DNA of 53,926 nt from Ignavibacteriota bacterium (GTDB lineage: Bacteria; Bacteroidota; Ignavibacteria; Kapaibacteriales; UBA2268): the NCBI GenBank assembly GCA_016219595.1, contig JACRLY010000045.1:21211-75136 (forward strand), written 5' to 3'. Numbering within the stretch: position 1 is the first letter of the stretch; the number at the start of each line of letters is the position of its first letter. Position numbers and translations under genes: made by a program. This document shows positions 40,569 to 50,281 of this stretch, in pieces. A model generated the notes under the pieces. The model ran no database searches and had not been told where the DNA came from. It saw nothing but the letters and a program-made list of their open reading frames with translations.

Positions 40569-42257
40569 TCAGATAATAAATTTACTGCTAACCGCTTTAC
40601 CTTGATATTTTAATACGACTATATAAGCACCTGACGAAAGACCACCGCAATCTACATTTAAAGTATGTCCGCCAATGCTATACCACTTGGTTTTCACAGG
40701 CTCCAGCGAAGGTTTTCCGCTAATATCATATATCGAAATATCAACGGAGTTATCTTCAGTAAGATAAAAATAAATATTCAGGTCCTTGCTTGTGGAATTT
40801 GAGAAAAAAGTAAACAGTGATTGAAAATTATTTGCATTATCATCATCAACCGAACTGCCGGGATTGTATTCATAGCATCCAATGTCAGGTGTGGCATCAC
40901 GCTGAATACTGTCGTGGTCATAAGAATATCCGTTAGCCGAACTGCCTTTATCAATCGGAAAACTACCTGACCTGAGATGGAAGTCCTGTCCCTGGCGGTT
41001 CACAAACATTGAATCAATGTTTTTAACAAAATAGGAATGTGCATCCTGTCCGGATGAAGCCTGCCAGTCAGCAAGCATATCAGAGTTGTAATCAATCCCC
41101 TCACCCTTAACATCATTAATATAATTAAATTCAATAGTAGAATTTATAATGTTGTAATCCCCTGTATAGGTTGCATGACTGTCTGCCATAAAGACTAATC
41201 CTTTCGGCACAACATCAGGAGTATATTCAATCCCTCCGACAATAAGTGAATTGAACATATTCAGCTTTTTGGTTGTTCCCTCTACGGAAACATTATTAGA
41301 CCCATTATCAACCGCAGTGCAGTTTATTACATTTGTTACAGTCATTTTATTTATTGGAACATTAGCGTCATTTTGATCCAGTTCGATACCTGTACTGATA
41401 TTATTATAGGACAAGCAATTGAACAAGAACACAGTGTCAGCCCAGCATTTGAATCCACCACCGCTAAGATAAGTCGTATTATGAGATGTACAGTTGATTG
41501 CTGTAATATTATTCCCGTCGAGGTCGAAACCATCACCGACACGTGCTGCAGTGCAGTTGATGAGTGTAACATTTCTTTCATTATTATGCCCGAAAGCAAA
41601 TCCATCAGCATTACCATCCGGATTATGTATAGGTGTTGTAAAATCAGCATCGTGGGAATAGCAATTTATAAGAGTTACGTTAGTAATCTCATTTTCCGGA
41701 CCGATTTCTTCATTTGCAGTTGCATCGAAACCAAAATTTCCGAATCTATACATCTCGCAATTTCGAAGTGTTATGTAATGTGTGCCTCCGTAAACAGAAA
41801 TGCCGTAATCCATATCATGTGCTTTACAGTTTGTTATTTCAACATGGTTTGCAGGAAAAGTTATTACCATTCCTGAGTTCCAGCACGAGTCTTCAATTCC
41901 TTCTAATTTAATATAAGAATTTTGAATGACAATAGCATTTCCTTGATATTCGATTCCTTGCAGTAAAACACTTTCACCGTTATATGCACGGATTACTATA
42001 GCTCCGTCTTTCATATCTGTTCCGTTATTAACTGTATTAATACTTTGCTGATAATTACCGCCTCGAATATTAAGTGTATCACCTGCGGTAACTATGGTTA
42101 AGGCAAATTCAAATGTTCGCCAGGGAGTATTTACAGAACCGTCATTACCGTCATCGCCGTTAGTGGCTACAAAATAAGCTCTGGAGATAGCAGAATTATA
42201 ACATGACAATAATATGATTAAGCAGAAAGAAACCGGGTAGAAGAAATTATTCTTCAT
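40569..42257 (-). CDS. Secreted right-handed beta-helix protein with T9SS CTD
   Basis: YFVATNGDDGNDGS..PWRT, GNADGF repeats, DFHLRSGSFPIDKG...PDIGCYEY, C-terminal IYDISGK...LSSGAY...KFII. Confidence 0.85.
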   Translation of the reverse strand: MKNNFFYPVSFCLIILLSCYNSAISRAYFVATNGDDGNDGSVNTPWRTFEFALTIVTAGDTLNIRGGNYQQSINTVNNGTDMKDGAIVIRAYNGESVLLQGIEYQGNAIVIQNSYIKLEGIEDSCWNSGMVITFPANHVEITNCKAHDMDYGISVYGGTHYITLRNCEMYRFGNFGFDATANEEIGPENEITNVTLINCYSHDADFTTPIHNPDGNADGFAFGHNNERNVTLINCTAARVGDGFDLDGNNITAINCTSHNTTYLSGGGFKCWADTVFLFNCLSYNNISTGIELDQNDANVPINKMTVTNVINCTAVDNGSNNVSVEGTTKKLNMFNSLIVGGIEYTPDVVPKGLVFMADSHATYTGDYNIINSTIEFNYINDVKGEGIDYNSDMLADWQASSGQDAHSYFVKNIDSMFVNRQGQDFHLRSGSFPIDKGSSANGYSYDHDSIQRDATPDIGCYEYNPGSSVDDDNANNFQSLFTFFSNSTSKDLNIYFYLTEDNSVDISIYDISGKPSLEPVKTKWYSIGGHTLNVDCGGLSSGAYIVVLKYQGKAVSSKFII

Positions 42258-42344
42258 AAAATTCCCCACAATAAAATGTAAAAAATATTAACTAGGATGA
42301 AATTAATTAACTAATATAACCTAAAACAAAAGTGCTTATATTTA

Positions 42345-43505
42345 CTAATATAATTTATTAAAATCTATAAGATTATCATCTGAAAATATTATTCTTTTAA
42401 TAAATTTTAGAGTTTCAAAATCGAAAATGTAAAGACCACCTCTATATGTTCTAACGTATAAATTGTTACCAGCCCTTACTAATTGTGTTGGGTTATTCAT
42501 TGCAGAGTAATCTGGAAATTTCAATTCAAAATCAAAATTAATAAACCTTTTTACTGTTTTATTATTAATAATAGCAATACCATTATACATACCAATAATA
42601 ATTGAATTTGATAAACTATCAAAATATATTGTTTCAAATGAACTTAAATAAGGTTTTTTCTCGAAATCTTTTAAACGATAAAGTTCAGCTTTAAGCACTT
42701 CTTTAAAACCATTATTGAATTGATATAATTTCCCAATCATCATTCCCATATGGGCTAAACCTGATGTTATATACAATGAATCGTTTAGAATAAGTGCTTT
42801 ATTTATATTTGTAATATTTATTAATTTAACTTTATTTTTTATTAAATCAAATTCTAGTCCGTAACCACCAAATTCACCTTCATCCTTAAAAATATAAAAC
42901 TTATTATTATATAAAGCAGTAGCTCCATTATTAACATCTATAAAATTCGTTAGACTTTTTATTCTATAAATCCTTTTTGAATATTTTTTTAAAATAAAAC
43001 TTAAATCTTTTTTCAATATAGTACCATTATTATAATCCATGATAAAGAGTGTATCACCTACAAGAAAAGTTGGATTTATACTGGCATCAATTAATATCGG
43101 TTTTTCAGAAACATCAATTAAAAATGTTTTTTTATTATCATAAATAGTAAATTTATCATTTGATTTCTTTTTCACAAATAATGATTGACCGGAATTGTAC
43201 TTTTGAAAATCTTCAATTAATGAATCATCTTTTAATAAAGGATGAAATAAAAAATTTTTAAATCTAAATAACTTATATAAACTGTCGCCATTATAATACT
43301 TATACGTTAAAAATAGTGTGTCATTATCGATAATTCCAATTTTGATTATCTCTGGTTGTTTTTTATAGAGTTCAACTAAATCTTCTGGAATGACATAAAT
43401 TGATAAACCAGTAGAATCATTTTGATGTATTTTATCATTTATAGGTTTTTGAGTATCGCAACAACAAAGGAGTACTATATACAATATTAATATAGGATAT
43501 TTCAT
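42345..43505 (-). CDS. Very AT-rich hypothetical lipoprotein
   Basis: MKYPILILYIVLLCCC lipobox; DEGEFGG and GLAHMG motifs; beta-rich. Confidence 0.7.
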   Translation of the reverse strand: MKYPILILYIVLLCCCDTQKPINDKIHQNDSTGLSIYVIPEDLVELYKKQPEIIKIGIIDNDTLFLTYKYYNGDSLYKLFRFKNFLFHPLLKDDSLIEDFQKYNSGQSLFVKKKSNDKFTIYDNKKTFLIDVSEKPILIDASINPTFLVGDTLFIMDYNNGTILKKDLSFILKKYSKRIYRIKSLTNFIDVNNGATALYNNKFYIFKDEGEFGGYGLEFDLIKNKVKLINITNINKALILNDSLYITSGLAHMGMMIGKLYQFNNGFKEVLKAELYRLKDFEKKPYLSSFETIYFDSLSNSIIIGMYNGIAIINNKTVKRFINFDFELKFPDYSAMNNPTQLVRAGNNLYVRTYRGGLYIFDFETLKFIKRIIFSDDNLIDFNKLY

Positions 43506-43555
43506 TTTATTCCATGTGACGCTTGTACACAAAATCAGAATTAAGATTATTAACA

Positions 43556-43801
43556 CTAAGCATACTCAAATGCTTTTGCTTTGATATACTTCTTCGGTTT
43601 TCCATAAATAATGCTTTGAATGTGTGCTAATGTATCACGTGTAAAACTTTCGTCTCCACATTTTTTACAAATTTTCGCAGGGATTTTATCAACAACAATA
43701 ACCTCGCCGTCAATACTAAATACCTTATTGACTTTACCCTCGGTGAATACAAGTGAACCGCAATTTGTACAATGTTCTCTTATTTTCTCAATTGATTTCA
43801 A
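43556..43801 (-). CDS. YgiT-type zinc finger protein (MqsA-like)
   Basis: CTNCGS...VVDKIPAKICKKCGDE. Confidence 0.85.
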   Translation of the reverse strand: MKSIEKIREHCTNCGSLVFTEGKVNKVFSIDGEVIVVDKIPAKICKKCGDESFTRDTLAHIQSIIYGKPKKYIKAKAFEYA

Positions 43802-43969
43802 TTATAATTATATTTTAATTTGCTTAATTGAAAAAATTTTAATTCAATTTACAAATTTAATTTTCTTTAATTAATTTTCCACATAAACTATTTATATTTG
43901 TAATAAAGAAAAATAATAGCGTATTCAATATTTATTTCAATATTAAATTCAATAGTCATTGGAGGAAAT

Positions 43970-44575
43970 ATGTTTAAAAAAGTGCGTACTTATCTGTTTA
44001 TTTTACTATCACTGATTTTACTATTCTTATTCTTCAACGATGTTTTCACTAACGGTCAGCAGGATTCGACACTATTTACAAAAGATTCAGCAGTAGTAAT
44101 CCTGGATTCCATTTCAGCACCCAAAGATTCAATTTCAGTACCTACTATTTCCGGAATAACGGCAGAAGACAAATATCCTCACGCTTGCGTCAGTTGTCAT
44201 AAGAATTATAAAGAAATGTATTTTGATGGTCGAATAAGTACCATTTTGAAGGAATGGAGTGAAAAAGGTGTTGATGAAAAATTACTTGCAAAAATTCAAG
44301 CTGGCGCACCCGATGGTGTTAATCTCAAAGGAAAACACTCCTACAAATCGAATGATAATACAAGCATTCCTGAGGATTGTAATAAATGTCACGGAAAATC
44401 AATGAAAACAGCTCTGCCTTTATCTCAGTTAGTCCACATTATTCATCTTAATGGAGGCAAGGATAATCACTACATTACTATGTTCCGGGGAGAATGTACG
44501 CACTGCCATAAACTTGACATGAAAACAGGAATTTGGTCTGTTCCCAATGGAAAGGAAAACGAAGAAGAGAAATAG
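43970..44575 (+). CDS. Exported triheme c-type cytochrome
   Basis: N-terminal hydrophobic segment; CVSCH, CNKCH, CTHCH; extra His residues. Confidence 0.85.
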   Translation: MFKKVRTYLFILLSLILLFLFFNDVFTNGQQDSTLFTKDSAVVILDSISAPKDSISVPTISGITAEDKYPHACVSCHKNYKEMYFDGRISTILKEWSEKGVDEKLLAKIQAGAPDGVNLKGKHSYKSNDNTSIPEDCNKCHGKSMKTALPLSQLVHIIHLNGGKDNHYITMFRGECTHCHKLDMKTGIWSVPNGKENEEEK

Positions 44576-44637
44576 TTAAAAATAAAGTAACAGCTAAAAA
44601 GAAATACAGGTTTGTTTTTTAAAACATACTTATAAAA

Positions 44638-44958
44638 CTATTTCATCTTCACCTGTTTAGCTACATAGATATATGATTTCTCAACCAATTTTTTCCATTG
44701 GGTTGAATGTTCATTCGGTAACCGCACCCATTCTTTCATGGGCCTACCATTCATCGGGTCGAAATGTTTTGTTCCTTTCAACTTTAATATTTTGTCAACA
44801 TCATCAACATTTAATTTGACAACTATTTCATCCTTCCACAGCATAGCAAATGCCTTGCCTTTTGAATTTTTTATGCACAATGTTCCGAACATTTTCCCGG
44901 TTTTTGAATCAGGGAAATCCACTGCTATTTTATGAAAAAGTTCTTCTGCTTTGGTCAT
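44638..44958 (-). CDS. TfoX_N/YjbR-like small protein
   Basis: GKMFG...GKAFA...VVKL...FDPM.GRPMKEWV. Confidence 0.7.
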   Translation of the reverse strand: MTKAEELFHKIAVDFPDSKTGKMFGTLCIKNSKGKAFAMLWKDEIVVKLNVDDVDKILKLKGTKHFDPMNGRPMKEWVRLPNEHSTQWKKLVEKSYIYVAKQVKMK

Positions 44959-44980
44959 AGTATGTTAACTGTTCTTTTTA

Positions 44981-45631
44981 TTATTTGAATATATCCTCTG
45001 TTATTTTATCCCAACAATCTACATCTTTTTTCTTCGCATAATTTTTTATTAATAGCAATTTCATTTTAATCAATCTCCCGATTGTTTCGTCCAGCAATGG
45101 AGCTGTGAAGACGGTTATTGATTTGGGATTCAAAGTATCCCCGGAATTTTTGTTAAACACAGATATATTGTCTATGAGTTCATAGATTTGCTGATTTGAT
45201 ATTTCTTTATAATTAATATATGTTTTTCCTTCGAGGTCTATATAAATTCTAAGACTGTCCAATTTCTTTATTACATCGGCAAATTTCCTGTTCATGATAT
45301 AATAATAAAAAGTTGAATCTGACTCATCATAAAAATTAGACAGGTCCTCCAAATAATTTTTAATAAAGATAACAGGAACTGCCACACTGTCTCTTTTGTT
45401 CCATACCCCGTAACAAAATAAATCATCTGATATATCATAATAAGGATAAGTAATAATATCCAGTATTTTAATATTTAATTTATTATTGATTTTCTTTATT
45501 CGATTTATTTGTTTAAGTTTAATGTACTTCAGGGTAACCTTTCCGTTTGAATCAATAAATGGTTTTTCGGCATAAGCTGACTGAGTTATAATAATAATAA
45601 AAACAAAAACGATGTGAATAAATTTTCTCAT
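44981..45631 (-). CDS. Exported hypothetical protein
   Basis: Signal peptide ending AYA; long open frame. Confidence 0.65.
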   Translation of the reverse strand: MRKFIHIVFVFIIIITQSAYAEKPFIDSNGKVTLKYIKLKQINRIKKINNKLNIKILDIITYPYYDISDDLFCYGVWNKRDSVAVPVIFIKNYLEDLSNFYDESDSTFYYYIMNRKFADVIKKLDSLRIYIDLEGKTYINYKEISNQQIYELIDNISVFNKNSGDTLNPKSITVFTAPLLDETIGRLIKMKLLLIKNYAKKKDVDCWDKITEDIFK

Positions 45632-45678
45632 GTTAATATGCAAATGCAAACAGTAATTATTTAATTAATAATAATTCT

Positions 45679-46101
45679 TCAACCAGGTTCAACGTTAACA
45701 TGAGCTTTTCGCTCGACGATTCGTCCGGCAATAAATGCAAGCAATCCCATTAATATTCCTGAAATGATTCCAATTACCGGACCTGTTACCATCATCATTA
45801 TTTTCAGGTTTTCATGTGCTGTCTGCATATTGCTCATCATTTCCAGTTCTTCGGGATGGTGAGCAATAAAATCATTGTACAAAATCAGGTGAGCCCCTGT
45901 TACCCATACAGTATTAATCATGCTGACAAGAAATCCGTGCAGGAAATATTTCCCGGGGGCTTTCTTTGCTATTATGTAAGCACATAGAACCAAAATTCCA
46001 AGCCATAACAAGAATTCAATTTTGGAGGGTATTACATAAGTTGTTCCGATAGCCATAGCTAAACCAAAAAGAGAAAGTAGTAGAATTAATTTAAAATTCA
46101 T
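45679..46101 (-). CDS. Four-TM membrane protein
   Basis: Four hydrophobic segments; AGGAG SD. Confidence 0.8.
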   Translation of the reverse strand: MNFKLILLLSLFGLAMAIGTTYVIPSKIEFLLWLGILVLCAYIIAKKAPGKYFLHGFLVSMINTVWVTGAHLILYNDFIAHHPEELEMMSNMQTAHENLKIMMMVTGPVIGIISGILMGLLAFIAGRIVERKAHVNVEPG

Positions 46102-46648
46102 AATATCTCCTTAATAAAACTGTATATTGATTTGAGCAAATATAAGTTAATAATATATAAAATTTAATTAATATATTGATAATTAATTATTTAGGTAACA
46201 CTAATATTTTTAAATAAATCGCTAAGTCATTTCATTCATTATTTATTCGTTGGAGATTCATGAAGTAAAAGATGGGATACACTTCGACTGTTCACACCGT
46301 CACAATATGATGTGTTGCCGGGAATTAAATCCCCCTGGATATTGCATCAACACACTTTTCTCACCTCATATTCAGATGGAAACTATGCATTAGCAGATAA
46401 CTGTTTAGTTCTTCAACAGCGAATAATTTTGAAATTCCTTACGAATTTCCGGTCTCAGTCGGGAAATAAAATATAATAGGAAATAAAATTACTAACTTAC
46501 TTGAGTAATTAGTTAATGAAGATACTTGTTCTGTTGATTATACTTCTCACAATATCGTTAAAGGAGATTATTTTTTCAAGCTAAATTCAAATTAAAAATC
46601 TTTTATAAAAAATGTTGATTTAATAAATAAAATTTAAGTCAACTAGAA

Positions 46649-46837
46649 TTATTTATTTATCTGTTTTTCTTTTCTCAATGAAAAAATCAAAGTTAATAGA
46701 ACACCCAGTAAGGCTCCAATAGCGAGGATTGATACAAATTCTACGGCTCTGATTGTACCGTTCGATACTATTCCAAAGTAATTCCCTAATGAAATTAAAA
46801 ATAATAATGCAAATATAACTACTAACTTTTTCTTCAT
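46649..46837 (-). CDS. Small two-TM membrane protein
   Basis: AGGAG SD; two hydrophobic helices. Confidence 0.7.
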   Translation of the reverse strand: MKKKLVVIFALLFLISLGNYFGIVSNGTIRAVEFVSILAIGALLGVLLTLIFSLRKEKQINK

Positions 46838-46923
46838 TATTTTCTCCTGTGGTTAAATGATAATTATTAAATTTAATAACGTTTTTTTAATTATAAAGTT
46901 ACATTTTATTAAAATAAGCTAAT

Positions 46924-48816
46924 TCACTCTTCTAATGTAGATAGATTACCCGGGTCTATTCCCATGATTTTTGCCTTTAGCACTCTTCTCATTATTTTGC
47001 CGCTTCTCGTTTTCGGAAGTGAATCAACAAACTCGACCGATTCAGGTTTCGCAATTGGTCCTACTTCATGGCTGACGTATTTTCTCAGTTCTTCAGCCAA
47101 TGCCTCACCTTTTTCAAATCCCTGCTTGAGAATTACGAAAGTATGTATTGCATTTCCTTTTATTTCATGGGGAACACCTATTGCAGCGGCTTCGGCAACT
47201 GCACTGTGGCTCACGAGTGCCGATTCGATTTCTGCCGTTCCCAACCTGTATCCCGACACTTTGATTACATCGTCAACCCTGCCTATAATCCAATAGTAGC
47301 CGTCCTCATCACGTTTGGCACTATCTCCTGTCATATAATAACCGGGGTATTTTTTCCAGTACTGCTCTAAATACCTTTCCCTGTCATTATATATCTCCCT
47401 AATCATTGCTGGCCATGGTGTTTTAATTAACAGATAGCCTTCTTCATTTGCTTTGACAGGTTTGCCTTCTTCATCCAGAATGTCCATCTCGATTCCGGGG
47501 AATGGCTTTGTGCCTGAACCGGGTTTGAGAGCCACGCATGGCATTGGTGTTATCATAAACATTCCCGTTTCAGTTTGCCACCATGTGTCCATAATCGGGC
47601 ATTTCTCCCTGCCTATTACCCTGTAAAACCACTTCCACGCTTCGGGATTAATAGGCTCACCAACAGAACCAAGCAGACGCAATGATGACAAATCATGCCT
47701 GTTAGCCCATGCCTCGCCGAACCTCATCAGCCCGCGGATTGCAGTCGGTGCTGTATAGAAAATTGTAATGCCGTATTTTTCTACCATCTGCCACCAGCGA
47801 TTCGGATATGGATAATTCGGTGAACCTTCATATAAAAATACAGTGGCTCCGTTCAGTAATGGTCCATAAACGATATAACTATGACCTGTAATCCAGCCCG
47901 GGTCTGCTGTACACCAGAACCTGTCTTCATCTTTAATGTCAAATACATATTTCAAAGTTGTGTATGTGCCAACCATATACCCGCCGTGAGTGTGCAGTAT
48001 CGCTTTCGATTTTCCTGTCGTGCCTGATGTATAGAGAATAAACAGTGGGTCTTCCGAATCCATTTCCTCGGCAGGGCAATTGTTGGTAATCACAGGCAGG
48101 TTCATCAGTTCATGGAACCACATATCCCTTCCCTGCTCCATATTCACTTCCTGTCCTGTTCGCTTAATCACGAGTACATGCTCGACTGTCCCTGCTCTCT
48201 GTAATGCTTCGTCTGCAATTTGTTTCAGGGGAATGATTTTACCGCGCTGGTAAGCACCATCCGATACAATTAACACCCTCGACTGGCTATCTTCGATTCT
48301 TTCGTGAAGTGCTTCGACAGAAAATCCACCGTAAACAACAGAGTGAATTGCACCTATTCTCGCACATGCAAGCATTGCCGTAACGATTTCGGGTGTCCTG
48401 CCCATGTAGATTGTTACTCTGTCACCTTTTTTCACTCCCAAACTTTTGAGTATGGCGGCGAACTTGCAGGTTTCTTTGTGCAACCGGAAGTAGCTCATTG
48501 TTCGATGCTCCCCGTTTTCACCTTCCCAAATCAAAGCAATTTTATTTTTCCGGGATGTCTCCAAATGCCTGTCTAAGCAGTTGTAGGCAAGGTTTGTCTT
48601 TCCGCCTGTGAACCATTTATAAAATGGTTTGTTACTGTCGTCGAGTACTTTACTGAATTTCTTGAACCAGTGAAGCTCTTTGGCACTTTCCTCCCAAAAG
48701 CCTGTATAATCGCCTGTAACTTTCTCATTGAGTTTATCCCAGTCCTTGATGTGTGCTTGATTTATAACATCCTTCGAAGGCAAATACACTTCACCGCTCA
48801 ACGCTTGATTAGACAT
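46924..48816 (-). CDS. acs: AMP-forming acetyl-CoA synthetase
   Basis: YTSGTTGK, CTADPGWITGHSY, GSVGEPINP, DTWWQTETG, PKTRSGKIMRR. Confidence 0.96.
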   Translation of the reverse strand: MSNQALSGEVYLPSKDVINQAHIKDWDKLNEKVTGDYTGFWEESAKELHWFKKFSKVLDDSNKPFYKWFTGGKTNLAYNCLDRHLETSRKNKIALIWEGENGEHRTMSYFRLHKETCKFAAILKSLGVKKGDRVTIYMGRTPEIVTAMLACARIGAIHSVVYGGFSVEALHERIEDSQSRVLIVSDGAYQRGKIIPLKQIADEALQRAGTVEHVLVIKRTGQEVNMEQGRDMWFHELMNLPVITNNCPAEEMDSEDPLFILYTSGTTGKSKAILHTHGGYMVGTYTTLKYVFDIKDEDRFWCTADPGWITGHSYIVYGPLLNGATVFLYEGSPNYPYPNRWWQMVEKYGITIFYTAPTAIRGLMRFGEAWANRHDLSSLRLLGSVGEPINPEAWKWFYRVIGREKCPIMDTWWQTETGMFMITPMPCVALKPGSGTKPFPGIEMDILDEEGKPVKANEEGYLLIKTPWPAMIREIYNDRERYLEQYWKKYPGYYMTGDSAKRDEDGYYWIIGRVDDVIKVSGYRLGTAEIESALVSHSAVAEAAAIGVPHEIKGNAIHTFVILKQGFEKGEALAEELRKYVSHEVGPIAKPESVEFVDSLPKTRSGKIMRRVLKAKIMGIDPGNLSTLEE

Positions 48817-48903
48817 TAAATACCCCTGACAGATTTATTGAAAATTGAAATTTAAGAAAACTCAAACGAATATTTTTAGGAAATAGTGCAAATAATGGAT
48901 TAA

Positions 48904-49689
48904 TTATGTATCTGTAAGGGTTTCATCCCAAAGGTTCATAGGAGCATATCCACAAACCCAATTCAATCCATAATGTCGTTCCATAATTATTGATGTAGCA
49001 TTATTATATTCATCTTCATTTAAATCTCGGAATGCTTTTCCTTTAAAAACAAAATCATCATCAATAATTTCGTTTATATCTCCATTTACTTTTGCTGTTT
49101 TAGCTGCTAATCTAACAATATCATCAAAGCTTCTATACCCGGCTTTTTTAATATGTTCATCTTCTATAAAAGGTTCCCCTTTTTCGATAAGTTGACGTGT
49201 ACGAACTCTCCAATGCCATAATTCCATTAGATTGCGTTTTGAACTTACTTCAGCCCAATCTCTAAGTTTAGGAGTTTTTGAAAAAATATTTAATTTTTTG
49301 TCCTCAATATTCTTAAGTATCTCAGGAGATATCTCAATATCTATTTCTGGCCATTCAGTTATTAAATTAATTGACCACATTAGCATCCCTGCTGATTCCA
49401 TTCTCCACATACCTACCAGATGATCATAAGAATCTATTTTTGTACCAAATGATTGTAAGAAATTTTTTTCCCAATGGCTAACATGATATTTCCATAATTT
49501 AATTTTTTTTAAGAAATCAATCACTAATTTCGCTGAATTTCTCATCTCATTATCAAATTCCTGAATCTCGTCTTTTGCCCAATTTTTGGTAACTTCGGGA
49601 ATATATGGCAATGGAGTTCTCAATGAATGATAAACAACATATTTCAAAACTACTATTCGATTGTAAATATCTTTTGCAGATGGAAGCAT
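48904..49689 (-). CDS. DUF4272-like protein
   Basis: WRMESAGMLMW, LWHWR, ERHYGLNWV...WDETLTDT. Confidence 0.7.
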   Translation of the reverse strand: MLPSAKDIYNRIVVLKYVVYHSLRTPLPYIPEVTKNWAKDEIQEFDNEMRNSAKLVIDFLKKIKLWKYHVSHWEKNFLQSFGTKIDSYDHLVGMWRMESAGMLMWSINLITEWPEIDIEISPEILKNIEDKKLNIFSKTPKLRDWAEVSSKRNLMELWHWRVRTRQLIEKGEPFIEDEHIKKAGYRSFDDIVRLAAKTAKVNGDINEIIDDDFVFKGKAFRDLNEDEYNNATSIIMERHYGLNWVCGYAPMNLWDETLTDT

Positions 49690-49781
49690 TTATACTATAT
49701 TTTTAAATTTAATAAGATTTTATTTTATAATATATTAACTTACAAAATATTTATATTAATGCAAATACGTGATTATCACTC

Positions 49782-49947
49782 AACCGTAGGGTTAATCCTG
49801 CGGTTAGTTATCCCCCAAAACACAGATCACACTTTCAGACAACTTACGTTCCTGCAAACATTAACCCCATGCTTAGCATGGGGGCAAAAGAGACACACTA
49901 CCGGTTGCTGCATCCGAGCCCACCTCACATTAAAGTGTGAGGTTAGT
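49782..49947. repeat. Cluster of three GC-rich palindromes
   Basis: AACCGTAGG..CCTGCGGTT (49782..49805), CCCCATGC-TTA-GCATGGGG (49865..49883), CCTCACA..TGTGAGG (49923..49942). Confidence 0.6.
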
Positions 49948-50281
49948 GTATCGGTATAATCTCATGAATCATACATTTCGCATTTCTCAAAAAGGATATT
50001 CAAATTTATAAATTAAAGTTCCTTCTTTTGCTTTACCCGATACTTCTTTTGTAATTTTTAATTAATTTCATTAAATTAATTGTAATAAGTTATAAGTGTA
50101 AACTTATTAATAAGATAATTTTAATTTTAAAATATTGACAAAAAATATAGATTACTTACTCATAAAAATTATATGATTTGAGTTAAAGGGAATAATTAGT
50201 ATTAATATAAATAATAAATAAAATAATTTTTTATATAACTGTAACTTTAATAAATATAATTTTTTGGTTAAGAGGTAATTT

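Noticed and set aside
46261-46470. Riboswitch upstream of the membrane protein gene
   Set aside because: Only a weak GTGTTG...CAACAC hairpin; no recognisable aptamer consensus
44638-46837. Integron cassette array of short co-oriented ORFs
   Set aside because: Spacers between the first ORFs are only ~20-50 bp, no attC palindromes were seen, and there is no integrase
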